Positions 38,234-50,830 of a stretch of 64,000 nucleotides of DNA are shown here, in pieces. Where the stretch lies: positions 128,001-192,000 of the forward strand of contig JBPOFY010000002.1 in the NCBI GenBank assembly GCA_051252375.1. Reading direction: 5' to 3'. A program made the translations under genes and the position numbers. Under the pieces are notes generated by a model that was given only the letters and a program-made list of their open reading frames with translations, was not told the DNA's origin and ran no database searches. Source of the stretch: Opitutaceae bacterium (GTDB taxonomy: Bacteria; Verrucomicrobiota; Verrucomicrobiia; Opitutales; Coraliomargaritaceae). The number at the start of each line of letters is the position of its first letter. Position 1 is the first letter of the stretch.

Positions 38234-39072
38234 TGCAGGGGTTTGCGAAATTTTGGCGCAAGTTTTTCGAGTGGGAGTGGTATCAAGATGCCAATACGGC
38301 ACGGGTATTTTTCCATCTAATAATGGTAGCCAATCACAAAGATAGTCATTGGCGCGGCCATGTGGTCAAGCGCGGCCAAACGATAACCGGCACTCACAAA
38401 TTGGCGACAATATTGAAGATTCCAAGGGGCCAAATACGCACTGCTTTAAAGAACCTCCAGATGACCAATGAAATAACCATCCGGGCAACCAACCTCTTTT
38501 CTGTCATAACTATCTGCAATTACGACGCTTACCAAGATCGAGACGCCACTGGCAACCAGCCAGTTGACAAGCCAACAGCCAGCCAGCCAGCCAATGAGCA
38601 ACCAGCCAGTCAACCAACCAGCGACCATCAAACGACCACTAACAAGAATGATAAGAATGATAAAGAAGAAAAGAATGAGAAGAAGGTGGAGCGCCACCTT
38701 CAACTATTTTTATCAATGCTGGAAAACTTCGGACGCAATGCTTCAACAGGGCGGGCTCTAAAAGCGACTTACCGGCGGTTGCTGGAATACCGCATTGAAT
38801 CTGGCTTTCCGGTGAACGCCGAAACTGTTCGCCGCGATGCTGAATACTGCGCAGGCCGTAGGACGCAGCATAGAAAATGGAACCCCCCCCTTGAAGAACC
38901 GCCCCCGGCGCTAATTTTGGCGGAGCTGATGTCGAAGACCATAGCGCATGGCAAGTTTACGATGTGGTATTACGACGGCACGTTTAAGCTGCTAATGGCT
39001 GGTGCGCGCGATGAAGAAATAGAACCCCCCGTTAAAAAGGAACGCCGCTCGGCGTTTCACGAGGGCCTGTAA
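38233..39072 (+). CDS. Phage-type replication initiator (replisome organiser-like)
   Basis: GFAKFWRKFFEWEWY...FFHLIMVANH...VKRGQ...SVITICNYDAYQ N-terminal domain, followed by a QPAS/NDK low-complexity linker. Confidence 0.75.
   Translation: MQGFAKFWRKFFEWEWYQDANTARVFFHLIMVANHKDSHWRGHVVKRGQTITGTHKLATILKIPRGQIRTALKNLQMTNEITIRATNLFSVITICNYDAYQDRDATGNQPVDKPTASQPANEQPASQPTSDHQTTTNKNDKNDKEEKNEKKVERHLQLFLSMLENFGRNASTGRALKATYRRLLEYRIESGFPVNAETVRRDAEYCAGRRTQHRKWNPPLEEPPPALILAELMSKTIAHGKFTMWYYDGTFKLLMAGARDEEIEPPVKKERRSAFHEGL
38553..38685. repeat. Iteron-like repeats plus A-rich tract inside the initiator gene (putative ori)
   Basis: CAACCAGCCAGT x2 with multiple CAGC/CAAC units, then AAGAATGA repeats. 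Confidence 0.55.
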
Positions 39073-39091
39073 ATTGACCTAAGAAATAATT

Positions 39092-39277
39092 ATGACAACT
39101 GATGCAAATGACAGTATAATGGCGCTGAGAGCCCGGCAATTGGCCGACGCGGCGCGCTTGCTAAATCTATCAAATGACCTTTGCGAAAGGGTGCTGCAAG
39201 ACAGCGGCGATTGTGTGGATTTTCGCTTAGTGAGGTTGCAGATTGATTCGGCGCAAATCGCTAAAAGTCAACGCTAG
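39092..39277 (+). CDS. Small hypothetical protein
   Basis: 61-aa ORF 19 bp after the initiator gene. Confidence 0.4.
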   Translation: MTTDANDSIMALRARQLADAARLLNLSNDLCERVLQDSGDCVDFRLVRLQIDSAQIAKSQR

Positions 39278-39689
39278 CGCGAAAATGGGAAAAAGGGCGG
39301 ACGGCGATATGAAGATCCGCCCTCATGGTGGTTTTAAGATGCCGAAGCCTTTTGGTGAATGACTTGATTAACCTGAACCCCCAACTGATGACACTACCCC
39401 CCCCTGAGGCTCTCGCCCGCCCCGAGTGCACAAACAGGGGAAGGCACCGGATCCAATCGGCCCACCTGCGCCCTCTGAAGCGCCCTAGGGCGCAAATCTA
39501 ATCAGCAGCGTCCTCCCTCCCCGCTCAGCCTGAAATCCTGAAAATATTTATCGCCCAGGTATTCGTCTCGAAACTGCCAGAGAACCGTGAAAAAATCTTG
39601 ACTGTCCGTAGTTAAAAAGCGGATACAAAGCGGGAGACGAAAACCTGTAAGCGTTTACTATCAGTCACTTACGAGAAAATTACAACTGT

Positions 39690-39731
39690 CTCTTAATCAA
39701 TTGGTTCGGGGTTCAAGTCCCCGATTCAGTA
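39690..39731 (+). mobile_element. att junction: orphan 3' half of tRNA-Lys(CTT)
   Basis: CTCTTAA-TCAAT-TGGTT-CGGGG-TTCAAGT-CCCCG-ATTCAGT-A. T-arm is intact, but there is no D-arm and the 5' anticodon stem does not pair. Confidence 0.8.
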
Positions 39732-39738
39732 GGCACCG

Positions 39739-39814
<76 letters not shown>

Positions 39815-39818
39815 TTTT

Positions 39819-39851
39819 AAAGCCCTTAGTTTAAAAAACTAAGGGCTTTTT
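39819..39851 (+). terminator. Intrinsic terminator after tRNA-Thr
   Basis: aaagcccttagtt...aactaagggctttt hairpin plus T-run. Confidence 0.85.
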
Positions 39852-39879
39852 CGTGGGTCTACACCAAAGTGCGTCATTC

Positions 39880-39984
39880 TGTAGCCACGTCACTCTCCCG
39901 ACCTGAGCTTGTCGAAGGTGTGACGTGTCATGTGAAGAATTCCCGTTGCTCATGCTCAACACGGCAGAGACTGCCATGGCTACA
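39880..39984. repeat. GTAG-type REP-like inverted pair
   Basis: tgtagccacgtcactctc ... gagactgccatggctaca imperfect inverted repeat. Confidence 0.5.
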
Positions 39985-40168
39985 TTCTAGCTGTTTCTAC
40001 GAGTTGCTTCTGGTTAAATCCCAGAGCCATTGACTCGTATCGCCATGTTTCTGCAGGTGCCACACTTCTGCAAAGTCACCCTCCGCCATAAGTGCAGGAC
40101 GGATGAAACTTAAAAGAGAAGTTGGAACCTCAGCCCACGACCGAGTTTAGATTAAAACAGGCAATTGG

Positions 40169-40909
40169 CTAAAAGATAGCCTTCCCATCATCGAAGGAAG
40201 GACGCTCGCCAGCCCAGATCCCTTCCCCGGGTCGGACTGCCTCAACGTGACCATCCAAAAAGGACATATTGCAGGCTCCACTATGCGGGTTATGAGTTTC
40301 TGCGCCATCCTGCCCCTCTGGCCACGAACGCCAAACTCTATAGTTACCAGCAGCGATGTAAGAACCATCCATAAAAAATGGAATATCCGCTAGCTGTGCG
40401 GGGCGAGTCATAATGATCAACGAAACAGGTCCTGCACCAGAGCCCTTCTGCCGTGTTATATCCATTTGCCGGTTGAGACTATAGGTTCGGGACTGTGGTC
40501 GGAACTCATACTGAACGGGGCAAGTCATTACGCTTTCTTTCACCATAAACGGGAGTTCTAAGTCGAGGTATGGTGCCAAGACAGTCGGCCATGACGGCTC
40601 GTCACCTTTTTCTAGCGGCTGAGGCAAATCGCCGTTGTGCTCTAACGAGTAGAGCAGTCCCGCAGCTGCCATCTGCCTAAGATTACTGGTGCATTTTGCA
40701 GCCGCCGCCTTCTCCCTCACCTTGCCAATCGCGGGAATCAATATCGCGGCAAGGATGCCGATGATCGCGATCACTGTAAGCAGTTCGATAAGAGTAAAGC
40801 CGTGACGGGAGCGATTTGCTTGGGGAGTCGTTTGTTCAACAGCATCTTGCTGGTTGCAAAGGGTATGTAAAACGTGTGAACGAGGGGTCGATATTTTATG
40901 GGTATTCAT
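40169..40909 (-). CDS. Prepilin-type N-terminal cleavage / H-X9-DG domain protein
   Basis: [42 protein letters not shown]; likely start ATG 40909. Confidence 0.88.
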   Translation of the reverse strand: MNTHKISTPRSHVLHTLCNQQDAVEQTTPQANRSRHGFTLIELLTVIAIIGILAAILIPAIGKVREKAAAAKCTSNLRQMAAAGLLYSLEHNGDLPQPLEKGDEPSWPTVLAPYLDLELPFMVKESVMTCPVQYEFRPQSRTYSLNRQMDITRQKGSGAGPVSLIIMTRPAQLADIPFFMDGSYIAAGNYRVWRSWPEGQDGAETHNPHSGACNMSFLDGHVEAVRPGEGIWAGERPSFDDGKAIF

Positions 40910-41055
40910 TGCCTCCAGTATTAGGACAAAGTATTTCTTGGCGAGCCACAAATCCGATGCCGCTAGCAAAAAAAACGCCCATCGTCGATTAGCGGGAAGA
41001 GCATAGATGGCTGCTAAGCTGAGTGTGTATTCATGGTTTGCTAATGACGCAAAGA

Positions 41056-41187
41056 ACCCCTCCGTCTGAGCCGCTCTGCGAGCTACGCCGCCCAAGAGCT
41101 CAGACACCTCCCCTTGCCCGGGGAGGAGCTTCAAAATTCCCCTCCTTAAGGAGGAGGGGGTGGATCGCGAAGCGAGACGGGGTGGTG
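41056..41187. repeat. GC-rich palindromic REP-like element
   Basis: Nested hairpins ctccccttgcccggggag and cccctccttaaggaggagggg; outer acccc..cgtct / agacggggt. Confidence 0.5.
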
Positions 41188-41479
41188 CCAGAAGACGCGA
41201 ATTAACTAGATGATCCCACTCTAAACATCCCTTTCGCGCAAAGTGACGTTGAACCGAAAAAGCTCGCAGCCATAGAGTCAAATGTTGTCGATCACTCCTT
41301 TGAAATATCTGTATTTCCCTAGCCAGCCTATCCGCTGATTACTAGATCTGTAATCCGGATGTGATGAGACCTTTGAAGCCAAACCACACAACCGAGTTAT
41401 AAAACCGGTGACTTACGTATTGATTGATTCAAAAACTCTGCTTTGTTAGCCCACTGATTCGCAATGCGAAAACAATGAT

Positions 41480-41556
41480 GTGGGTGTAGCTCAGCTGGAT
41501 AGAGCATCGGTTTTCTAAACCGAGGGTCCTGGGTTCGAGTCCCAGCTCCCATACCA
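41480..41556 (+). tRNA. tRNA-Arg(TCT)
   Basis: D-arm TAGCTCAGCTGGATAGAGC, TCGGT-TTTCTAA-ACCGA anticodon arm, GTTCGAG T-loop, ACCA end. Confidence 0.93.
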
Positions 41557-41661
41557 TTGCGCAGCAACCACCCTGAGCGCAGCGCTACTGGGATGGTGAA
41601 CTCCGTAAGAGGATCGCAAAACACGCCCCTACCGTGGTTAGGGCGTGTCCACTCAGTTAAA

Positions 41662-43296
41662 TCACACCGCGTGCGGTAAAAGCATAAAGACCACGACCAT
41701 GACCAAGGTCGGAAACAAAGCTGCGAGTAAGAGTTTCAATGGCGAAACACCACCATCGAAGTATTTACTCAGAATGCTTTGACCCGCAGGATTCGGAGCA
41801 TTGGCAATCACGGTCAAACCACCACCTGTAACTGCACCGGCGACGACTGCATACTGCAGTGCCATAGCGCGTGCGACATCAGGTGCAGTATGGTGATCAA
41901 AGGCGGGCACTTGTGATGCCAAGAACGTGATCGCGGCATTATCGTTAAATGCAGTCAATGTAGTCGATCCGAGGAAGAGCATCGTCTCTCCTAACGAGGA
42001 AAGCACCGGCGCGATCCACCAGCCTTGTAAACCACCATGCGTGACGAGACCAGCTAGGAAAAATCCGACCAGAATCGGCCCTTTCAATGAAATCGCATAT
42101 TGGTGATGGTCCGTCGCAATCGTAAATGCAATGAAGACGAGGAACCCACCCATAAAGAGTGCCGGATGGTGCAGCGTGAATACCGTCCAAGCCAAGAAGG
42201 CCAAATGCACACCGATGATCCACTTAGGAGCAGGCTCCTCTTTTTCCACAGATCGTCCGGCATTTTCTTCGTCGGCCTTCGCCTTCAAACCAGCAAAGTC
42301 CTTGCGGAAGATTAAGAAATAAACCGCAGTCGCGATGAGTATACCAAGCACGGCACGCCAACCAAAGTGGGTAAACATAAACGGCATATCCCACTCCCAC
42401 TTAGTCGCGACCATCAAGACTGGTGGCGCAGCGAAGTGTGTGAGCGTGCCCCCCACCGAGATATTCACGAAAAGTAAACCGAGCGTCGCATACTTAAAGG
42501 TGGGCGTTGGGTTGTAGTGGTAAAACTGATGTCCCAGAAGCAGCGCAGCAATTGTCATCGCTGCAGGCTCAGTAATGAACGACCCTAATAATGGGGCAAT
42601 GATCAGAATCGACAGCCACCATGCGGCTGGAGTCTTTTTACCAATACTGGCAATCGCACTGAGGGCAGATTCAGCAATCGACACAACTGGTCGCGATGCC
42701 GCAATCGCCATAATGACGACCACGAAGAGCGGCTCGGTATAATTACGTGTATCGATGTAAAAAGTCGTTGAGTGCCATCCATGGATCAGAGTAATGGATA
42801 ATAAAAGCGGAATCAGCCAGATGCCAAAAATGGCTTCAATTTCTCCCAAGAAGTGCAAGGCTGTCGCCTTAAAACTTACAGGGTGCTTGCCTTGATGATA
42901 ATTGCGCAGGTCCTGCTGGACTGCCTCATCGTGTGCATGCTCTGCCTTGTGCGCCATCTTCATGATCGGACCAGCCGCAAATGTATGCATAATCGCGAGC
43001 AGGAAGATGACAGTCGCGATCACATTGACCGGATCGTCTGCCGCACGCACTTTAAGGATCTCCATGACTCCAAGTTCTTCAACTGGAATGCCTAACTCTG
43101 CGGCACGGGCAGCTTCCAAGGCTTCGTATTTATCCAAGGGCTTGGGTAGCACCTCGACTTCATGCCCTGCATCAGCTCCATGCGCACCACCACCACCAGC
43201 AGCCGATAATACTCCGAAATTGGTTAAAAAAACAAGACTCAGCACAACCAGTAGACGGGTCGAGCGAGCAATTGATGTAGTTAAAGAAGCAATCAT
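41662..43296 (-). CDS. Putative Na+/H+ antiporter (DUF1504-type)
   Basis: Polytopic membrane protein with FHFLGEIE-like, GSFITEPAAMT, DNAAIT and GGGLTVIANAPNPAG motifs. Confidence 0.8.
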   Translation of the reverse strand: MIASLTTSIARSTRLLVVLSLVFLTNFGVLSAAGGGGAHGADAGHEVEVLPKPLDKYEALEAARAAELGIPVEELGVMEILKVRAADDPVNVIATVIFLLAIMHTFAAGPIMKMAHKAEHAHDEAVQQDLRNYHQGKHPVSFKATALHFLGEIEAIFGIWLIPLLLSITLIHGWHSTTFYIDTRNYTEPLFVVVIMAIAASRPVVSIAESALSAIASIGKKTPAAWWLSILIIAPLLGSFITEPAAMTIAALLLGHQFYHYNPTPTFKYATLGLLFVNISVGGTLTHFAAPPVLMVATKWEWDMPFMFTHFGWRAVLGILIATAVYFLIFRKDFAGLKAKADEENAGRSVEKEEPAPKWIIGVHLAFLAWTVFTLHHPALFMGGFLVFIAFTIATDHHQYAISLKGPILVGFFLAGLVTHGGLQGWWIAPVLSSLGETMLFLGSTTLTAFNDNAAITFLASQVPAFDHHTAPDVARAMALQYAVVAGAVTGGGLTVIANAPNPAGQSILSKYFDGGVSPLKLLLAALFPTLVMVVVFMLLPHAV

Positions 43297-43371
43297 AAGG
43301 TTATCTTTTCAAACCAGCAGATAGTGGGGAGCAAGCCATTTCGCAAGTAACCCACGACGAAATTTCCCATT

Positions 43372-43806
43372 TTATTCTTTTGTCGGCTGCACCTGTAAGT
43401 GCGTGACGCCGTGCAATCGCCCTTGATCTAATATCCCGATAAAATTATTTGAGCCCAAGACACCTAGAATCATCCCAAAGAAAAGCACCATCGCGAGGAC
43501 CAAGCCGAGCTTCCGGTAGAAGCATTTCCCGCCAACCGGTGCCTGCATCAACGCTCGAACCGAAAGCAACAACCATCCCGCAAAGGCAAAAAGCATGAAA
43601 AAGAAGAACGGATAATACCAATCCAACACATATTGCCGCAGCCATTGCGGATATTCGGTCTGGAGATAGTGATAGACCTCCGGGCTCTGCCAGAAACCCC
43701 AATATTCTTTCCAGCCTGTCATGACCAGCAGCCATGTGAACCCACAAAGCGTGAGCGCAGTAAAGAGGCGAGATTGAAAGCGTGTGAGCAGCTCCACAGG
43801 CATCAC
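43372..43806 (-). CDS. Hypothetical membrane protein
   Basis: Three hydrophobic segments; 3 bp downstream of the preceding gene. Confidence 0.6.
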   Translation of the reverse strand: MMPVELLTRFQSRLFTALTLCGFTWLLVMTGWKEYWGFWQSPEVYHYLQTEYPQWLRQYVLDWYYPFFFFMLFAFAGWLLLSVRALMQAPVGGKCFYRKLGLVLAMVLFFGMILGVLGSNNFIGILDQGRLHGVTHLQVQPTKE

Positions 43807-43809
43807 CGA

Positions 43810-44355
43810 CTAATTCTCCGAACCTACTTGTGTGACCGGAACGTCACTATCCGAGCGATTCCGTCGAAATTGGAAACGATTAATCTCCCGCAGGGAAAGC
43901 ACATCGGCCATTTCAGCATATTTCCGAGTGTCTTGTAGCATCATGTTATAGAACTTACGGTCCGCAATATCCTGCACTCGGGCATCCGTGCTGATCTGCG
44001 CTGTCTCCTGTAAATCCGCATAATGCTCATTCCACTCAGAAAGATCGAACTCCTTCATAGGGAACTCCTTCGTCTTCGTGCCGAACATCTTCTTATCATT
44101 GGTCTCACTCATTTTGATCGCAGTGCGCTTCGAACCAAGTGACGAAAAATGCGTATCCCACTCCTGTAGCGGGAAATTCTTCTCCATCAAAGCCGTGTTT
44201 TTCTGCATCTGCCATACTTGACGACCTACGCGCTTATCAGAAATGCCCTGGTTTGTGCCCAAATTTCCAGTCAACGAGCTCTGGGCAGTCAAAACCGACG
44301 CACAGACAAACAATCCGACGAGCGCAACAAGGAGTTTAGAGATACGGGAAAACAT
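43810..44355 (-). CDS. Hypothetical secreted protein
   Basis: Signal-peptide-like MFSRISKLLVALVGLFVCASVLTA. Confidence 0.6.
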   Translation of the reverse strand: MFSRISKLLVALVGLFVCASVLTAQSSLTGNLGTNQGISDKRVGRQVWQMQKNTALMEKNFPLQEWDTHFSSLGSKRTAIKMSETNDKKMFGTKTKEFPMKEFDLSEWNEHYADLQETAQISTDARVQDIADRKFYNMMLQDTRKYAEMADVLSLREINRFQFRRNRSDSDVPVTQVGSEN

Positions 44356-44484
44356 TAGAAGCTGATACTTAGCGTTCAGGCTAAGGAAGATCAAGATATT
44401 CTCGCAAAGGAATTAGGCAAAGACCATGCGCATAGCACCTTGACGATACCCGCGCGAACCTTCTAAATCCGCCGTTTTCTAAAA

Positions 44485-47060
<2,576 letters not shown>

Positions 47061-47061
<1 letters not shown>

Positions 47062-47879
47062 TGTTTTCTAGAGCACTATTATTCAGGCACCGCTGGCTGA
47101 CTGCCCTTTTAGTCGTCAGCAGCGGCGTGCTTGAGTTAAGTGCACTCGAAACGACTACCAATGATAGCATTGCAGTGGTCACCAGTGTGCGCGGCGATGC
47201 GGCAATCGTTTCAGCTGGCATGTCGGGAAAAGAAATTGAACCGCATCAGTCTTTGTTACTGAGCGGTGCAAAAATTGAAACTTCTGAGAAATCCTACCTC
47301 TTTCTCGCGTTCTCGAATGGCTTGGGCATGGGCATTGATTCTTCAACAATCCTCCATTGCCAGAGCTACACACAAGAGCCCTTTAAAGCGAATCGAGAGA
47401 ACCTTGATTTCGAACCCTCCATATCGAAACTTCTATTAGAATTGGAAGCAGGTGCGCTTTCTTTTGTCTGTGAAGGACTCTCGCCTCGTTCACAAATTCG
47501 AGTGATTACACCGAACGGAACATTGCGCATACACTCTGCTCATTGCCGCATCGAGATAAGCGAGACAGGCACCGAGATTACTGTTTATAGTGGCACCGCG
47601 ACCTTTTACTATCCAGATGGTGAAAGCCGCGAATTCCTCTCTCACTCAACTTCAGTCCGATTTAGCCCACAAAGCTCCGCGATGGGCAAAATCGCCGAAA
47701 AAATTGGATTTGAAGATACCCCGAAAGCGAACAGAGTGTTTACCGAAGCGGCACAACATGCGACAAAGCGCGTCCACTTCAAAGCTCCAAAAAACGGCAA
47801 GACTGCCGAACCGATTCTAATTATGCCCCTACAAACTTACGAACAACCTACAGAGCGGCCTTACGAGTATCAGGATTAA
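47061..47879 (+). CDS. FecR-like domain secreted protein
   Basis: Signal peptide; beta-rich L..G / TPNG / VYSG pattern; coupled to leuS. Confidence 0.55.
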
Positions 47880-47885
47880 TCACCG

Positions 47886-48740
47886 ATGAGCACCCCCCCA
47901 TCAGTTTATTTACCAAACGACTTTGCACCCCAGCCCATCGGTCTGATTGCTGGCAAGGGGCGCTACCCCATCCTAATGGCGGAACGTATTGTCGCCGCGG
48001 GGCTACCGTTACGCGTGATTTCTTTTGCAGGCGAAACGGACACCGATTGGGTGGCGCAATTACGCAAAGCCGAGCACATCCAAATCAAGGTAGGCCAACT
48101 CGGTAAAATGCTAAAGTCTCTGCAAAAGCTGGGCTGCCAATATGCAGTCATGGCGGGACAGATCACCCCACGCCGCCTCTTTCACGGCTTACACCCTGAC
48201 ATTAAAGCGCTAAAAATACTCAATAGCCTTACGGTCAAAAATGCCGAAACCATCTTCGGAGCCATCGCGAGCGAAATTGAAGCCATCGATATACAGATGC
48301 TGGACGCACGCTCGTTCTTAGATGATGAGTTGGCCCACGAAGGATTAATGACGACCGGCACACTCAAAGCCGAGATGACTTATATTGAGCATGGCATTAA
48401 GATCGCCAAAGGTGCCGCTGACCTCGACATCGGCCAAGGAGCCGTGGTCCGCAAGGGCACCGTGCTGGCAGTGGAGGGCTACGAAGGCACCGACCCCATG
48501 CTTCAAAGAGCCGGTAGTTTCAAAACCGATGGCTTGATTTTCGTAAAAACCGTCAAGCGCCGACAGGACTACCGCTTTGATGTGCCCGTATTCGGTGACC
48601 GCACACTGGATGTGATGCATGCCGCTGGCATCCGAACCGCAGCCTTAGAGGCCGGCAATGTGCTCATATTGGACAAAGCAACTATTCTAGCCAAAGCCAA
48701 GAAGCTGAAAATCGAGCTATACGGATACAGCCACACGTAG
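47886..48740 (+). CDS. lpxI: UDP-2,3-diacylglucosamine diphosphatase LpxI (DUF1009)
   Basis: GLIAGKGRYP, DIGQG, AVEGYEGTD, QDYRFDVPVFG. Confidence 0.9.
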   Translation: MSTPPSVYLPNDFAPQPIGLIAGKGRYPILMAERIVAAGLPLRVISFAGETDTDWVAQLRKAEHIQIKVGQLGKMLKSLQKLGCQYAVMAGQITPRRLFHGLHPDIKALKILNSLTVKNAETIFGAIASEIEAIDIQMLDARSFLDDELAHEGLMTTGTLKAEMTYIEHGIKIAKGAADLDIGQGAVVRKGTVLAVEGYEGTDPMLQRAGSFKTDGLIFVKTVKRRQDYRFDVPVFGDRTLDVMHAAGIRTAALEAGNVLILDKATILAKAKKLKIELYGYSHT

Positions 48741-48815
48741 TCTGCTGAAATTTGCCCGATTTACCCCAAGAATTAAAAGATTTTCATTTACCGATAACTA
48801 GCTACATTTGCCCCC

Positions 48816-49322
48816 ATGTCTGAAGCGACACTATACACCTCTTACCAACCACAAAAACGCGGCTTCACTCTTATTGAATTAGCAGTCGTGGTCACTGTCA
48901 TCGGTATTCTCGCCGCTCTCGCCATACCTTATTACAAGCGAGCCAAGGAATCTTCGCAAATTAGCAGTTTCGAACACGACTTACGCCTATACGAGCAAGA
49001 GTTCGATACCTACGAACTGGAAAATGGGTTCTACCCACCCTCGCAACCGACTGCAGGTGCACTTCCAATAGACATGGCTGATCGACTCAGCCCAACCTGG
49101 AAACTCCCCAGCCCGATTGGAGGCGAATATCGTTGGGTATATACCACCGAAGCCGACCCAAAGTCGCGCACTGCTTATATCGAAGTCGTGAATACTCCGG
49201 ACACCCCCATTACCATCGACATCGCTCGTCTGATTGAAGTCGATGAAGATCTAGATGACGGCGTTGTGACTACAGGTCGCGTTCGCCTATCAGGATTGAA
49301 TGTGCGCTATATCGTGCGCTAG
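48816..49322 (+). CDS. Type IV pilin / pseudopilin-like protein
   Basis: RGFTLIELAVVVTVIGILAALAIP prepilin motif. Confidence 0.85.
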   Translation: MSEATLYTSYQPQKRGFTLIELAVVVTVIGILAALAIPYYKRAKESSQISSFEHDLRLYEQEFDTYELENGFYPPSQPTAGALPIDMADRLSPTWKLPSPIGGEYRWVYTTEADPKSRTAYIEVVNTPDTPITIDIARLIEVDEDLDDGVVTTGRVRLSGLNVRYIVR

Positions 49323-49328
49323 TAGTGC

Positions 49329-50171
49329 CTAGAGCGTCTCAACCGTAACGACTTCGCCCACATCATCTAGGCTGCCTTCGTGCCGTTGATAGGTGATACC
49401 ATGCAAGGTCATGGTTTGAGAATCTGTCGGAAGAATTAAGTGATAATCGCCCGCTAAAAATGCGAGCTTACCTTCATTTATGCCTACTAAAGTGTCGTGC
49501 GACTCGGTCAAAATCAGAATAAAACGATTCCGCTCCGGCGACCACCACATCTCGTAAAAATCAGAATGCCCATTATCCAATAGCTGGAAGACAAGGCCGC
49601 CCTCCCGATACTCACTCACAAAGACACCACTGTATTTCTTAAGCGCAACCTGCTCACCCTCCATGGTATGAATAAACTTTGGTTCGACGATGAGTGATGG
49701 CCGGTAAGTGAATTCATGCAGAATCACACGGCCGCAGATAAACATGACGACCACCATTCCCAATAGTGCCAGCACGCCAAAAACTTGAGCTAAAGTTGAT
49801 TTCTTCTGATACTTGATCGTTGGTCCTTCGTGCAGATCAGGATCATCCGTAAACACTTCATCCAAAGGTTTGTCTTGTAGTAAACGAATCACTTCCTCCG
49901 GCACAACTTTGAGGTTCTGACGGTTCGGCGAATGTGGGTCGTTGTAGAACAATTGCCCTTTTACAGATTTCACCGTAACCCGCTGACTCCCTTTAATAAT
50001 CTCGATTTCGGGGAATTCCACCAGTGCTTGACCATGCCCCGCAACCGCAACGCGATTCATTAAATAAACCAGGGCATCATCATCCGCCATCTCATCCGCC
50101 CACGAACCTTCCGGCACAGGTTCTACGGTGAAATCGGGGTTAATATGACTGAGGCGAACTTTAAAGGGCAT
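49329..50171 (-). CDS. Hypothetical single-TM protein
   Basis: Long ORF with one central hydrophobic helix. Confidence 0.6.
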   Translation of the reverse strand: MPFKVRLSHINPDFTVEPVPEGSWADEMADDDALVYLMNRVAVAGHGQALVEFPEIEIIKGSQRVTVKSVKGQLFYNDPHSPNRQNLKVVPEEVIRLLQDKPLDEVFTDDPDLHEGPTIKYQKKSTLAQVFGVLALLGMVVVMFICGRVILHEFTYRPSLIVEPKFIHTMEGEQVALKKYSGVFVSEYREGGLVFQLLDNGHSDFYEMWWSPERNRFILILTESHDTLVGINEGKLAFLAGDYHLILPTDSQTMTLHGITYQRHEGSLDDVGEVVTVETL

Positions 50172-50263
50172 GAACAGGGGAATACAAAATATGATTCTTA
50201 ATTCTGAAATCGACGAATACAATTACAAATATCAAGACATTGCATCGCTATGCCGGACGCAGC

Positions 50264-50785
50264 TTAGTCACTCTCCTCTGAGGGTTGTGCAGCACGTTCA
50301 TGAACCTGTCGATAAAGTGCAATATCAGGGATATCGATGACCACTTGTATCAAAAATTTAACGACGAACACCAAAAGCACATTCAGCCCACCAACTACGA
50401 GCGCTGACAATGAAGAATAGAAATTAAAGCCGGCAACTATACCCAACAACGCAATCACGATGATGACAGCGATCGCGACCCAAGCCAGCACATCAATGAT
50501 CACGCGCAGATCACTATAAGCCGATTGCTCACGAATACGGGTTTTCAGTAGAGCCGTATCCGAAATGGAGGACGGACGATGCAAGCCACGGCTATGTTGG
50601 CGACTGGAGCTCTTCGACTTTTCTTCAATGCCTGATTTTACATGCGCTTTCTGGCGACCTTCACGCAAGCGCTCTCGAGAGCTGCAATACGCTGAATACG
50701 CCTGCACCCACTGATGCTCGGTCATACTCTTCGTCGATGGATCCATCTTCTCACGACTGGCAACGAATTCTTCGAAAGTTTTCAT
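50264..50785 (-). CDS. Hypothetical two-TM protein
   Basis: Two C-terminal hydrophobic helices. Confidence 0.6.
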   Translation of the reverse strand: MKTFEEFVASREKMDPSTKSMTEHQWVQAYSAYCSSRERLREGRQKAHVKSGIEEKSKSSSRQHSRGLHRPSSISDTALLKTRIREQSAYSDLRVIIDVLAWVAIAVIIVIALLGIVAGFNFYSSLSALVVGGLNVLLVFVVKFLIQVVIDIPDIALYRQVHERAAQPSEESD

Positions 50786-50830
50786 ACTCTGACTATTTAC
50801 GCAAATCGCCGTGATCTGCAATGCAAACCA

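Noticed and set aside
39660..39731. Complete tRNA-Lys gene
   Set aside because: No D-arm or 5' acceptor strand and an unpaired anticodon stem; treated as an att remnant.
40910..41281. N-terminal 124-aa extension of the prepilin-type ORF
   Set aside because: It runs through a palindromic repeat; the prepilin motif position favours a start near 40909.
41397..41624. 75-aa minus-strand ORF
   Set aside because: Antisense to tRNA-Arg.
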